Shown here: positions 1 to 12,835 of the stretch, piece after piece | How the letters are laid out: each line of letters begins with the position of its first letter | Numbering within the stretch: the stretch's first letter is position 1 | NCBI GenBank assembly: GCA_051362555.1 | Contig: CM120646.1 | Location: 13,144,001 to 13,208,000, forward strand | DNA: 64,000 nt | Direction: 5' to 3' | From: Lingula anatina | Lineage: Eukaryota; Animalia; Brachiopoda | Made by a program: the position numbers and the translations under genes | The notes under the pieces: model-generated | What the model was told of the DNA's origin: nothing | Seen by the model: the letters and a program-made list of their open reading frames with translations, nothing else | The model's database searches: none

Positions 1-777
1 ACATGTAGTAAATGTTTTAAAGATGAATTTAAATTCATCACTTCGTAATATAATATAATAATACTTATGTTTATTTGCAACTAAAAATTTAAAAATTGAA
101 AGATTTTGTGCGATCTCCCGAACAAGAATTGAAGGGTGATCACCCGCTGTTAAGCGCCTCCCTCAAGCGTGACCGGAGTTGACATCGAACAATAGGCCCC
201 TCGTAATTACCCGTGCGTTTTCTATATTTTTTATATTTGATATAAAAGGCAATCCTAAATAATTTCGACTTTGAAATTTTAGAACAGTTTTTGAGGTCAA
301 CAATATATGATTGCAATGATATATGATTCTGCGATATATGACTATGAATATCGATGGGGCAATGATAGCAACCCCTTCTTTACTTTTTTCTAAACTGGCT
401 GTCATAGCACAAGAAAGAGAATAATAATCATAACTTGACCTTGGGGTAAATCCCAAAATAACTGGTTCAATTCGTTTTCTAACCAATCAAGGTGACAGCC
501 TAGCTGACATAGTACATCGAAATGGGGGTGGGACAACATTTTTGACCAATGTTGTAAATAGTTATATTCACTAAATGAGAATGAAATTAATAAAATTGTT
601 CACTAATAGTGTTAAGATGAAATAAAACAAGGTACTACATGTATGAGGATATTTAAAATACATTAAGCTAAAGATTCATTTAAAATATGTTAGATCACCC
701 CTTAAAAGGATTCGGTATATTTGAAGATGTAAAATTTCCCAATGCATATTTTGCAGGCGATTCCTCATACCGAAGGC

Positions 778-1902
778 ATGAAGACTACCTTCAAACTCTG
801 GCTTCTCCTTGTTGTTGGAGGGCTTCTGGTACCACTGTGTTATATTTCACTTCTTCGGGCACCGCCGCCAATCAAAGAGATGTCAAAGACTAGTGAATAC
901 AACAATCCTTCTCCTAGATTGGAGAGCACAACATTTACCACCGAAACAAAAAATTCTCCACAGTTTGTCTACTGTATCCAAGGTGCGACAATGCATGCTA
1001 TACAAGGACTCAATGCTACACCTGATCGGGACATAATCTGGCTGACGTACAAAGACAGAACAGGGGACGTGTACTTCCCCAATAGTACCCTCGCCATGGG
1101 TCGGAACAAACTGCTGACAGAAGCGATTGACCGTGCGGCCAAATGGGATGATGGTGGCTATTTATACTACATTTTTCTCGATGATGACGTGTTGTTACTT
1201 TCTGAGCCTGATCAGGAACGTTGGTGGATGACAGATTTACCGGACAACCCGTATGATCGTTTAGAGCTGTTTTTACTAGATTATCAACCCGCAGTGGCCT
1301 ACCCAACACCGAGGATGAATCGCCCCAAGCGCCCGGCTACAGTGGGTATCAGTTATAACGTTGATGCAAATATCAATGCATATCATAGGCACACAATTTC
1401 GTTTATGCTGCCACTCATAGAGGATTTTGATCACGTGTCCTGGTGGTTCCCACAGTGGTTTGTCATTCATACTTCTGCCATGTTTTATAACTCGTATCGT
1501 ATAATTTGCCACGCTGTGCACGTGAGGAACTCGAGGCCACACTGGAAGAATAAGGAGAAAGGTGCCTATCCCGATTCTGGTCATTTCTCGATCGCGCAAG
1601 ATTACATGCGCTCATGGCTTATCAAGAACATGACAGTTGATACAATTAACCTGGGCAGGGTTTCTTTGTTACAGACTTTTCAGAAAAGCCCAATGTATTT
1701 TTATATCAAAGGAAGTGCGACTCGGAAGGGAGATATGGAGTACAGAGTTTCTACGAAGTTTATAACCACTGTATTCAATACGTCCCATCCTGCCGTTAGA
1801 CGGATTTTGCAGTGGAGAAACCAGCCACACGTGAAAAAGATTCTTTATGGGGAGGACGAGGAAGAACCTGAGTTCATCCCAGATGTCTTCCCCTTGCACT
1901 AA
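778..1902 (+). CDS. Intronless type II membrane glycosyltransferase-like protein (GT-A/GT2-like), copy GT1
   Basis: ORF 742..1902; likely start ATG 778 (MKTTF), just after acceptor-like ttttgcag (755-756) and aligned with paralog starts; N-terminal hydrophobic anchor, S/T/P stem, FPNSTLAMGRNKLL..A..YYIFLDDDV resembling the GT2 'ARN...FLDDD' DxD region. Confidence 0.8.
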   Translation: MKTTFKLWLLLVVGGLLVPLCYISLLRAPPPIKEMSKTSEYNNPSPRLESTTFTTETKNSPQFVYCIQGATMHAIQGLNATPDRDIIWLTYKDRTGDVYFPNSTLAMGRNKLLTEAIDRAAKWDDGGYLYYIFLDDDVLLLSEPDQERWWMTDLPDNPYDRLELFLLDYQPAVAYPTPRMNRPKRPATVGISYNVDANINAYHRHTISFMLPLIEDFDHVSWWFPQWFVIHTSAMFYNSYRIICHAVHVRNSRPHWKNKEKGAYPDSGHFSIAQDYMRSWLIKNMTVDTINLGRVSLLQTFQKSPMYFYIKGSATRKGDMEYRVSTKFITTVFNTSHPAVRRILQWRNQPHVKKILYGEDEEEPEFIPDVFPLH

Positions 1903-4035
1903 CTAATGTCATGCTGTGGTATTAGTCGTACATACGTCTTTGACATTTAGTGCTAGCAGTACTTGCATGCTCTAATGCTTATGCTGATCAATCTGACTCA
2001 GTGTCGCGGAAACACCTGACGTCTTCGATAGGCCTATGTGTCGGCAATATGTATAAATAGTCCATTGCCAAACCCGTAGTTAGCCGAATGCAAGGGTCAT
2101 AGCCCATAAGGCTAACAGATATTGTATTTATTACATCATACATGTACAAGAGTATATCGTACAGTCGATGTTACTGCCAATTTCTTACTCTATCATATCA
2201 AAAAAGATCACATGACGTTTTCCTTGTTTTAATATTTTACTGTGATAACTTTCCACATTTTTAGATGAAGTGCAACTGTCTCAGCTTGTTCTGCGAATAG
2301 ATTTTACTCTTACGTGTTATGTTTGCTCAGACATACCAGTAGCAGACAAGGCATCGTTGTTTACACTATAGTTTCGTACCGGTGGTAGGCGTCGTAAAGC
2401 AGGCTTTTAACAGTCAATTGAAACATTCTTTGTGTTTCTAAGCCAAATTAAAACCGGCCATGATAAAAAAAGTCATTAGTATCGGTATTATGAAAATAAA
2501 ACGTAGTTGGGGGCAGTTCAAATGCAGGGACCATCTCAAGGCACAGAGCGTACGTCGTTGAGAAAAAAGCTGCAGAGTCAGCTAAAACAACAAAGTCATT
2601 AACTAAATTTTGCCTTTACTGGGAGTTTTACTTTGACAAGTGGAGAGAGCATTCTTGACGTCATTTTAACATGCCAAGACCTGACAACTGCAAGAATTCA
2701 GGTTTGGGTTATACACGTAAGGTTAATTAAGCGACACAATCTTTAATAAAGTGTTATTAAAATGACTTTAATTATATGAAAGTGTTTTTTTCCACAAAAC
2801 TTTTATACAGAACCTTTGTTTTATACATACATTTTAATTTAACCATAACAATGTGCATACAGTAATTAAAGGAGTGGACTTCGTCGTTGTAGCAAATATT
2901 TTTTAAGAAGTTCCATATAATTATGAAAATAAACAAATGTGGGAATGATGGGATTACTTATGATTTTTACTTCTGTTTAAATATGGTGGCCATGTTGAGG
3001 TGCATTTTAATTAAAATAAAGATATATTTTTATCAAGTAGGCCCATTTGGTATATTTATAATATTCAATATTTAAATATTGAAATACAAATGTCCTTTAG
3101 CTGTCATTATGCTTTGATTGATTTTAATAGATGGACAGAAATAACATGTTTATTAACTTAAGTTTTGAAAATACTACTTATAGACTGTTACTCTCATTTT
3201 ATCTGACAAATTTACAAATTTATACCATGAATAAAATATATGTAAATGGTATACTGAGTAATATTAATGAAATTAAGCGGATCTCATTCAGGTGAAATCA
3301 CTGAAAACTGTGCATAATATATAGAGACATAAATATGCAAGAGTTGATGTGTATTTTTTTTATTTTATAATGATACTACATAGTATATAGTTATTTGTGC
3401 TTCTTACGTACATGACTATCAATATATAACTTAAAGCGGCTGCAGAAAGAAATGGTTTAAAGTTAAATTTAACCATAACAACGTGCATACAGTAATCATA
3501 GAGGTGGGTTGCTTCGTTGTAGTCTTTATATTTTTTTAAGTTCCATATAATTATGAAAATAAACAACGATTGGTTTACTTATGATATTTCCATCTGGCTG
3601 CAGAAAAAAATGGTTTTAATTTTAAACCATGAGTTTTCTATTTTTTTTTTTTTTTTACATTTAATATAAAGGCAATCTTAAATTATTTCGATTTTGAGAT
3701 TTTGGCAGTTTTGAAGCAGACTGAAAACTTATTTTGGTAAGAGACGTATTATGAGTTAAGCTTTTGGGTGCAAGCTGAATCCATTTGAAGGTGATACTAG
3801 TGGTCAACAATATATGGTTGCAATAATATATGATTCTGCGATACAGTATATGTCTATGAATAAACGATCACTTTTTCTAAACCTGCTGTAATAGCACAAG
3901 AAAGAGAAGAATCATAACTTGGCCTCGGGGTCAATCCAAAAATAACCGGTCCAATGGCAAAGCCTTATTTCACAAAGCCCGTTCGATGTTACATTCAAAG
4001 CGAGCATGTATTTACTCGGTTTTCTAAAGGACTAG

Positions 4036-4293
4036 GGCTTCATTCACATGCAATGTCTATTTTCTAAATTCTATTTTCTATTCGCGGTATGTCTTATGAT
4101 CACGGTCTGTGCCCTGAATATCCCGCGGCGTAATTACTGGCCGCGCGAGCCAGTTACTATAAGTTACTATAAGTAACTGGCTCGCGCTGCCAGTAATTAC
4201 GCGGCTGGATATTCAGGGCACAGACCGTGATCATAAGATAGCGCGAATAGAAAATAGATTTTTAGAAAATAGACATTCCATGTGAACGAAGCC
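4036..4293. mobile_element. Palindromic MITE (PIF/Harbinger-like), copy 1
   Basis: Almost entirely one hairpin; termini GGCTTC..GAAGCC; flanks tag/taa; inverted copy at 7891-8141. Confidence 0.85.
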
Positions 4294-5010
4294 TAAAGCT
4301 TCGTAAGCGTTTGTCGTTATTATGTGGGGATTATAAATCAATTGGGGAGGGGGGGGGGGGGGGGGCGATGTAGCCTAGGGCGTTTAATGTAAGTGGAGTG
4401 AGTCTGAGTGTGGTTTGACGGCTGTTCCTATTTTATTTTGAATTTAATGCGAGTCGAGAGTATCATTGTTTTGCAAGTCACTCCCTATTTTATTGACTAT
4501 GGGACCCTATGGGGATTTAACGATTGAACGACGTTCGTTTTCAATACTTTAGCCCATTTTGATTTTTTTTTTTTTTTTTTTTTTTTTGCGTTATGGTAGA
4601 CTAGTATGACACTCTTAAATCGTTTTATGTGGTTTTAAAGATTATTTACCGTTTTTAAATCATGTTTCCATGAAGCGATTTTACGACAATCGTTTTCTAA
4701 CTAATCGAGGTGACAGCCACGCGTGTTTGCAAATATATCTTTACCTAAATATTTCACTTTCTGTTTTCTTCAAATGGACCTTTATATTGAGAATGAGTGT
4801 ATATGAATTCGATATATGAGAAATAGCCAGCAGTTCTAGTTAGGCCTTAACAAATGTATTGGCGTTCAAATTAAACAGTCAAGAGCCTAGAGAGGCTTTA
4901 TCGCTTAATATACGTCAATTATTTGAAATGCTTATCACAACTTATCACTCTTATTTTTGAGAATTAACGAGTGTAAATTCCTTTGCAGGCATATTCCCAT
5001 AGCAAAGACA

Positions 5011-6123
5011 ATGAAGAACACTTCTATACTCTTGTTGATCTTTATCTTTGGATGTCTACTAGTATCATTGTCCGTGACATATCTGAGGGGAATCTGCGAG
5101 CTAAGCACAGTGAACGCGTGCAAATGCGGAAAGTCAACTTTTGAACCAGTGAGCACAAAATTTACTAAAAAAGTTAAAGATTCGCCACAATTTGTCTATC
5201 TTATCCAAGGTGCGTCAATGCATGCTATACAAGGACTCGAAGCTACACCTAATCGGGAAATAATCTGGCTGACGTTCAAAGACAGAACAGGGGATGTCTA
5301 CTTCCCCAATAGCAGTCACGGCGAAGGTCGGAATCGGCTGCTGACAGAAGCGATCGACCGTGCAGCCGAATGGGATGATGGTGGCTATTTATACTGCATA
5401 TTTCTAGACGACGACGTGAAAGTCAGCCCTGTTGCTAATAGAAGTTTTCGTAAAGGCGTACCTGACAACCCTTATGATCACTTTGAAGAATTTCTGCTTT
5501 ATTATGAACCGGCAGTAGGATACCCAAGACCAATTAATTTTCGCACTGGACCTAAAAGCACAGTGGGTATTACTTACAACTTTGATGCAATTATCAATGC
5601 GTTTCATCGCCACATGCTTTCTTTCATGCTCCCGTATATAACGGATTTGGATCATGTCTCATGGTATTTCGCCCAGTGGTTTATTATCCACATATCTGCG
5701 TCGTTTTATAATTCATATCGTTTATTCATCCACGATGTTTACATGGGGAACCCACGATTACACTGGGACAACAAGTTAAAAGGGGCCTACTCCGATTCCA
5801 CCAATTTCTCCATACCCCGAGATCATTTTCAAAAATGGTTTGACAAGAACAGAACGGTAAATACCATCGAATCTGGTCCAATTTCATTTTTACAGACTTT
5901 CAACCGGTCACCAATGTATGCTTACATCAAAGGTAGCACAACGAAGAAAAATAACATGGAGTACAGAATTTCTACACGGTTTATAACCACTGTATTTAAT
6001 ACTTCCCACCCGGCTATTCAGAAGATTTTACAATGGAGAAATATATCAAATGTGAGGAAAATTCTCTATGGAAATGACGAGACTGAACCTGAATTCATTC
6101 CAGACGTTTTTCCCTTGAAATAA
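5011..6123 (+). CDS. Intronless glycosyltransferase-like paralog GT2
   Basis: ORF 4957..6123; ATG 5011 after ctttgcag acceptor; TM anchor; EGRNRLL..YCIFLDDDV; C-terminus EPEFIPDVFPL shared with GT1. Confidence 0.8.
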   Translation: MKNTSILLLIFIFGCLLVSLSVTYLRGICELSTVNACKCGKSTFEPVSTKFTKKVKDSPQFVYLIQGASMHAIQGLEATPNREIIWLTFKDRTGDVYFPNSSHGEGRNRLLTEAIDRAAEWDDGGYLYCIFLDDDVKVSPVANRSFRKGVPDNPYDHFEEFLLYYEPAVGYPRPINFRTGPKSTVGITYNFDAIINAFHRHMLSFMLPYITDLDHVSWYFAQWFIIHISASFYNSYRLFIHDVYMGNPRLHWDNKLKGAYSDSTNFSIPRDHFQKWFDKNRTVNTIESGPISFLQTFNRSPMYAYIKGSTTKKNNMEYRISTRFITTVFNTSHPAIQKILQWRNISNVRKILYGNDETEPEFIPDVFPLK

Positions 6124-6445
6124 CTTCCATTATAATGCCGAACTTATCTTTTTTTACCTTGGCTCAATTTGGTGTTTATTTTGTGAGATGAGTATAGATT
6201 TACAGTCAACCTTTTATACGTATATTATTATGCAGGATGTGTATGGCCTTTACTGTGACAAATTCTTATTTGGGATAAGTCTTGTGAATATTATGCAATC
6301 ATAATAACGTGCTTAACAAAAAGTCCCGTCGGGGCTAGTTATATATGTGTGTGTGTATGTGTGTGTTTGTGTGTGTGTGTGTGTGTGTATGCGTGTGCCA
6401 TATACATATGTTACAACTGTGAATCTGATGGAGGCTAGGGAAATC

Positions 6446-6684
6446 GACTGGGACCATTCCCAGACCCTATCGTACTTACTGTGGATCGATCCATCTCCGA
6501 GGGGATTCTCGCTGAATTGCAATTAACTTAAGCGGCTTAGATGTCTGTCACGCCTACTGAAGCTGTAAGGGGGTAATTCATTATCGTTTAGCAGCTTCAG
6601 TAGGCGTGTCAGACATCTAAGCCGCTTTAGCTCCTCGGAGATGGATCGATCTTGTTAGATCGATGTAGGTATGGGAACCCAGTC
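6446..6684. mobile_element. Dispersed ~230-bp hairpin MITE family
   Basis: Termini gactggg..ccca / tgggaacccagtc and internal taagcggcttagatgtctgtcacgcctactgaagct inverted repeat; related copies near 10180-10403, 16148-16350, 34616-34823, 38955-39170 and 49865-50059. Confidence 0.75.
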
Positions 6685-7890
6685 TAAACCTGTCAGAATT
6701 ATCAGTTGGTAGATAATACATGTGTTGTATATTGTATTCCTTTCATCTCAAATTTTATTTGAAAAAGGGGGGGGATAGCCCCACTTTCCCCTTATTTTCT
6801 AGTAACAATTTTGGAAACCCAATATTATTCAGTATTGTATTTTGTGCCGACCACGCTGACCCTAAGCCGTTTATTAGCACCTAATGGGACCCCGGGCTTC
6901 CGTATATAGAATACATACATAATGTACTGTCTGTATCGCTGAAGTTTAACGCTCGATGCGAAAAGGAACTGGATATGTTCAATCACTTTTTTATTTGAGA
7001 GGCTTTCAATATCGGAAACAGAGGACACCCAAGCAAAGTTTAAGCAACTATTGGTGTTATGTAGATAGATGTGCTAGCTATAATGCGTTAGGAGATAGCT
7101 ATAATGCGTTAGTAGAGCATTACAGCTACAACAGAAAGTCCCCCTTACACTAGACTGCTGCTAGGTATACGTTTTAATGCCTAAAACCCCAACTGTTCAT
7201 AAAGATAATAAGGTAGTATTCGGCGAGCGTAGCAGTTTGGACCCCTTATCCGCCTGGAGTGTCGGCACACTTGGCGAAGTCGGCACAGTTGAACAAAGCC
7301 CTGTAGTCCCCTGTGCTTCCTAGAGTAAATATTGCCTCCATGATTATCCGCCTGACTTGTTTTCAGACGAGGCGGCCTTTTGTAGGACAGAACGGTAAAA
7401 AGTTGCATTTTAAGAGGCCTGTAATGACTGATGTTGCTTGTTTAAACTATACTCCCCAAGCAAAAATAAGTGTGCAATGCATAAAATGACTCAGGAATTC
7501 ATGTCATAAACTAAAGTTTTTATTCTACTTCTAACAGGATTTCATTCACAAAATTTTACTGATTGCACAACCAATGAATAAGCTAACCATAGTATAAAAT
7601 CAAAGCCAGAATTTAGTATCTTGTACAATATCCTCTGGTTTGGAGGATGCCCTTGACGCGTGTCAAAAGAGTTCTGTAACTTATGCGGAGTGACGGCGTT
7701 CCATAAACTGTGCAAAGATACAGTAGTATGAGATCACTATTGTTTGGATTATGCGGGGTTATCCCTCATTTATCCATATTTGAGTACATGTATAACTTAC
7801 ACATCTTCAGCGAGGTTCTGATCTAGAGATTGAGCTGGCCCTAGGGAAGTGGGGGTGGTGTCTGGATCGGGTTCGCATATAACCAGCTTA

Positions 7891-8141
7891 GGCTTCGTTC
7901 ACATGGAATGTCTATTTTCTAAAAATCTATTTTCTATTCGCGCTATCTTATGATCACGGTCTGTGCCCTGAATATCCCGCCGCGTAATTACTGGCAGCGC
8001 GAGCTTATAGTAACTTATAGTAACTGGCTCGCGCTGCCAGTAATTACGCCTCGGGATATTCAGGGCACAGACCGTGATCACAACACATGCCGCGAATAGA
8101 AAATAGAATTTAGAAAATAGACATTGCATGTGAACGAAGCC
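7891..8141. mobile_element. Palindromic MITE (PIF/Harbinger-like), copy 2
   Basis: TIR GGCTTCGTTCACATG with TTA target duplication on both sides. Confidence 0.88.
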
Positions 8142-8948
8142 TTACTGTTGCATTGGGCGTACGTGAAGTAGCATTATCGTGCTGCAACAACTGGGTGTTC
8201 AGGGTCCTGTTGTCTCAATTCAAAGCTAAAAAACAGCAATGGCACACGTGGAATCTTATACCCAACCTGTATATACCTTTTGTGTTTCGACAAATTTATA
8301 TCTTTGCGTTATTGCTGACATATTATTATATCTAGCAAACTAATAAAAAGGTGAACATTTTCTCATCTTATTCCTTATATATAGATTATATAATAAAAGC
8401 GGCCTTGTTTGTCCAAAGTTCGAACAAACGATATTCTTTGTTGCCTCCTTTCTTGTTATGAATGGGACTATGAAAGTTTTTGGTACACTGGGATGGAGGA
8501 GACATTAAACATTATTTTTCATTTAATACTTAAATATCTTTTTTTATTGTGTTTTCCTATCAATGCCTCAAATTTGACCTCATGTGACCTTCGACCTACG
8601 TAATTTAAATGCTATATTACACATTAACAAATATTTTTGTCACTTTAGCCATTAGAGTATTCCGTTAGCAAAATTAATAAGCACAACTTGTATTCATTTC
8701 TAACACACCTTTTAAATGAATAGCATTTTTCCTCCCCATCTCCATTATCCAAAAATTGAGCTGAACGCCGCAAACAGCACTTGTGTTGTCCGCAAATCTC
8801 TCATACTGTAAAATAACCTGTAAAATCTCACTAAACAAGATTACTTTTAAAAGGGCAAAACTTTAAACTTTAACTGTTGCACTAACATTACAGGTTTTAA
8901 GTAAACAAATAATATGATAACGGTTAAAATTTAGGCTACATTACTTTG

Positions 8949-9217
8949 CAGGGGCGGATCCAGTATTATTTGAAGCCCCCCCTCCCCCCTCCCCCCTCCC
9001 CCTCCCCCACTTGGCGTGGGATTAGGGGCCCTTTAGCGGGCCCCGAAAAATGGTATTTTAGAGAGCGAAAGGTGCCTTTGGTGCGGTATAGACCTATGGT
9101 TTATCTAGTTTAATTCCTAATTTCAAAAAGGGAACATTGGTGTGATTTGTTTCAGAAATCGAAGGGGAAATCAGGACTCACCTGACCCCCCCCCCCCCCC
9201 CCCCAAAGCCGCCACTG
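8949..9217. mobile_element. Non-autonomous DNA element, CAGGGGCGG termini, 5-bp TSD
   Basis: CAGGGGCGG ... CCGCCACTG flanked by CTTTG on both sides. Confidence 0.65.
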
Positions 9218-9269
9218 CTTTGGAACTCTAAAACAAGCACGGGTCAAAGCATGGTTTGATTGGTATCCC

Positions 9270-9598
9270 ATATTTGATTGGTACACCCTAATGCTAATTG
9301 TCTGTGAATTTGGGGACATTTGATGGCGTCTTTTCAATTTTATAGACATTTCTTTACACTTGCAGAAGTCACAGTGAAACAGTGGATTTGAGGGGGTACC
9401 TCTTATAAATTTGACTAAATGGTATAAAATATGTATATTTTCACGACTATTTTGTATTTTTTAAACCATTAATCATGTTAGACACGGTATCTGTAATAAA
9501 AAGCACTATTTCTAACAATTTACAGCTGTGGGGTGATCATTTGTAATTAAAAGTACATGGAAATGGGGGTGGGATAACCTTTTTGACCAATGCTGTAT
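9270..9598. mobile_element. Tc1-family terminal fragment
   Basis: Ends ggggtgggataacctttttgaccaatgctg-ta, matching the TIR of 46778-48438; shorter fragments at ~524-556 and ~31045-31077. Confidence 0.7.
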
Positions 9599-11683
9599 AG
9601 CTGAGAGCAATCGCTGATGCAACAAGCGCAATTTAGTTCCTGATGACAAGCTGCACAACAAAAGCAATCGTTCACAACTCGTGTGCCGTGTACCTGACAC
9701 ACTAAAAATACTTCGGCGACAAATCCTTAAAGATTATAAACATTATTTGAAATCCATGTTGGAGCACAAGGCGGTGACAATATCATGATAAATGTCACCG
9801 ATTAGTTTATCATATTGACAGGTCGCTTTACTTTCAATTATGACTAAATTTTATATGACAAAAAATGATTTTTAAATGTTCTTCTAAGTGACACTTCTGC
9901 GGGCCACCATATTTAAGTTACAAAAATATTAGTAGGGCCTACCAGTGCAGCATTGCAACACGTAGTACAAAAAGGAAAACAAAAAGTCACATCATAACTT
10001 TGAACGATTAATCTAATAACTTTTTAGTATGAAATGTCGACAAGCATTTTTAGTGCCGTTGAAATGTAATTCAAAACATTTTAAAATGTTAAAATATACC
10101 GACAACTCGGGACGAAAAACAGTAACCGGAAAAAGAACTGTCTTTAAAATATAAAATTATTGTTTACTTGTGTATATTTGGGACTACTCCCAGACCCTAG
10201 CGTACTAGTAGGACAGATCTATCGCCAATGAGATTCTCACTAAATTGCATTCAGTTTAAGTGTGCACAAAAGTCAATTACTCCCTAGGAGCTTCAGTGGG
10301 CGTGATAAACATATAAGCCGCTTAAACTGAATGTAATTTAACGAGAATCCCCGTGGAGTTAGATCGATCCTGCTAGTACGATAGGTTTATGGGAACCAAG
10401 TCTCAGAGGTGTTGCAGGCTATCACGAACTACCCTTGCTGAGGGGGTGGGGCTCCCGATAACGACCCACCCCAGGGAGCCACCATTATCATGCTCGCTGA
10501 AAGTATTCAAATAGTATCCAAAGATCGAACTTACTGTGTAGAAAAAAAGGCACAATATGTGCACTCAGTCCGACCTTAAGAGTGGGTGCGGATTGCATTG
10601 TGTAATGACAGTGCTGTTGCATTGAAATCCAGCTTCGATTGTTACAAGTGAGAACGTGTGTTCACCGGACCGGGGGGGGGGGAGGGGTACAGGGGGGGGG
10701 GGGGGTACAGCCGCAATTAAGCAACATGTCCATAGACAGAGATCACATAATTTAAGTAACTGACATGTAGGGACACAAAGACATTCAGCTGAACAATGTG
10801 TGACCCAGGACATCCCTGCGTTCGCTGATAACGTGTACAATGCGTCATCAGATAAGGTATCAATTGGGTTGATGGGACGGCGGCATATATAGGCACACTT
10901 TGCTTATCATGCGATTGTTCAAAATACCGGTATATGAACATTGCTGCAGTCACAATTGACATTGGCCCGAGTACAGCTCACCAACAACGAATATTGTATA
11001 TCAACATCGAGGCAGAGGGGAACGGTGGGCACATTCAAGCGTGCCTGGCCTAATTGGTGGACCCGGGGCTACACACATAGTACATACACGCTCAGTAGAC
11101 TATTTCCTGGCAACGTTCTCCGTTCTCCGGTTCAAGCAATAAGCTATTGCCTCTGTAAACGCTGCACACGTGAACACCTGCTATGTGAGTGAGCAGTTTT
11201 CACCTGTGTCTCCCGAGCTTGGTAGCGTGTGAGCGATATCTACTCCCGAGGCTTGATGTGATTGCCGTTTACCTGGCTGGGTCCATGGATAACAGTAAGG
11301 GCATTTTTGCAATCAGTCACAAAACAGCATGTCTCTGTTACATTTGGCGGCATCCAAGGGTCAGTTGACACTACAGTAGGTTTTTGTCGGAAATTTCTAA
11401 TTGTGGGCAGTCCTTCTGATGCCTCGACCGTTGGTTTGTTTTTTGGTAATGACGTAAATTCGGTGTTTATTTCATGACGGCAGGACAACTCAGTACATGT
11501 ATAACTGTAGATGTGTAGCAATGTGAAATATATTTTGAAAATGGGAATACAGTGAAGGGAAAACAATACATTTTTTCAAGATTTAGGTCGTCTAGGCGTA
11601 ACAAGCATCATGTGGGATACACATGCTGGAACGATCTCCACAAATGGTTGAAAATCTTGAACATCACACGTTTCTGTTTGCAG

Positions 11684-12835
11684 TCTTGGAGTTCATCCGT
11701 AGTCCGGTAGGTGGCGCTTGCATCGCGTTTGTGGTTCTTATGCTTGCGGCCTACTGCTGCTGGGCTGGCTACAAACGTGGCAGAACTAGAGGGATAACGC
11801 CTGCAGAGAGGAGGAGGTTATTGCTGGCTGCAGGTAAACCATTCGCTCTCTCTCTCTCTCTCTCTCTCTCAGTTTCAGAACTACTAGTATCTATATGAAC
11901 AGGTCCCAGCAATCTATGTAAACACCTAACGAGAAGTGCCTTTTATCAAAGCATTACCTATATATGCTGTTGTGTATCGTTTCGTTTTGAGCAGTTTTTA
12001 TTCAGTTTAATCAGTCATCAGCCATCCCTTATTTAACGATGTTTATTATGAAGAATTGTTGAATAGAAATGATTCAACCCCTGGGTAATTCACGCGCTTG
12101 GGTGCATTCTGAAAACCAGAGTCACTCTGTCCTATGCTTAGTATCTAGGCATTGCCAAAACTGTCACCCCCCCCCCCTCCTGCTACATGTACATCCACGT
12201 AGTCCTTGCTATCCAAGGCGATTAAGGTAGACACAATGGTTAAGGAGCAGGGATGGAATATACCGCATGGAACAGATTTCAGTTGCATCTTCTATACGTG
12301 TATCTGAAAGTCCTTTCTTGGACATAGCATACATCTATGGTCCACCAATATTTTTTTTTTCTGACCCCGTTTTCAAGGTTGTTGTTAGAATATTTCTGGA
12401 TTCCATTGTAATTTTGAACGATTTTTGTCAATCAAACTCAACTTTTGATCTCTGTCTCTCTAATTCTTAAAGCATTTATGCTATAGCAAATTCGCTTTAT
12501 TCGGATTAAAAAGTCGTCATTCATAACTTTATCAGATGACTCCCACTTACACGCACTTATTTAATCCGTGCTTATGTATTTCAGGTAACTCAGACAGCAC
12601 TTCCATAGACTATGAACATAATGCTCAAAACACTTTCACTGATAACCGAATGGCTGGAAGGACGCAGTCGACCAGTAATAACGATGCCGTGTCCGGCGTG
12701 ACAGTTCCCTCTGCACCTCCGCCTTACCAAAGACGCGACGAGCCCCCGCCCTACGTAGACGTCTATTCTTCGTCTCCACCGCCTTACTCGGAAGTTACAA
12801 AGGCGAATCAAAATGTGCACACATCTCAAGTTTGA
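11684..12835 (+). CDS. Single-pass membrane protein with PSAP and 3 PPxY motifs (WBP1/VOPP1/Shisa-like adaptor), last two exons; 5' exons unresolved
   Basis: Exon 11684-11833 (tttgcag| ... GCAG|gtaaac; TM GGACIAFVVLMLAAYCCW then KRGR) joins in phase 1 to exon 12585-12835 (tttcag|; PSAPPPY, EPPPY, SPPPYSEV). A phase-compatible upstream donor exists at 11184|gtgagt. Confidence 0.7.

Noticed and set aside
742-777. Upstream ATG 742 (and 31263, alternative starts 4957, 24881) as GT start
   Set aside because: These lie upstream of acceptor-like sites; paralogs align from the MK codon before the TM anchor.
10941-11192. ORF as a confirmed ectodomain exon of the PPxY gene
   Set aside because: Donor phase fits, but no recognisable domain or signal peptide and mostly non-synonymous differences between copies; kept as tentative only.
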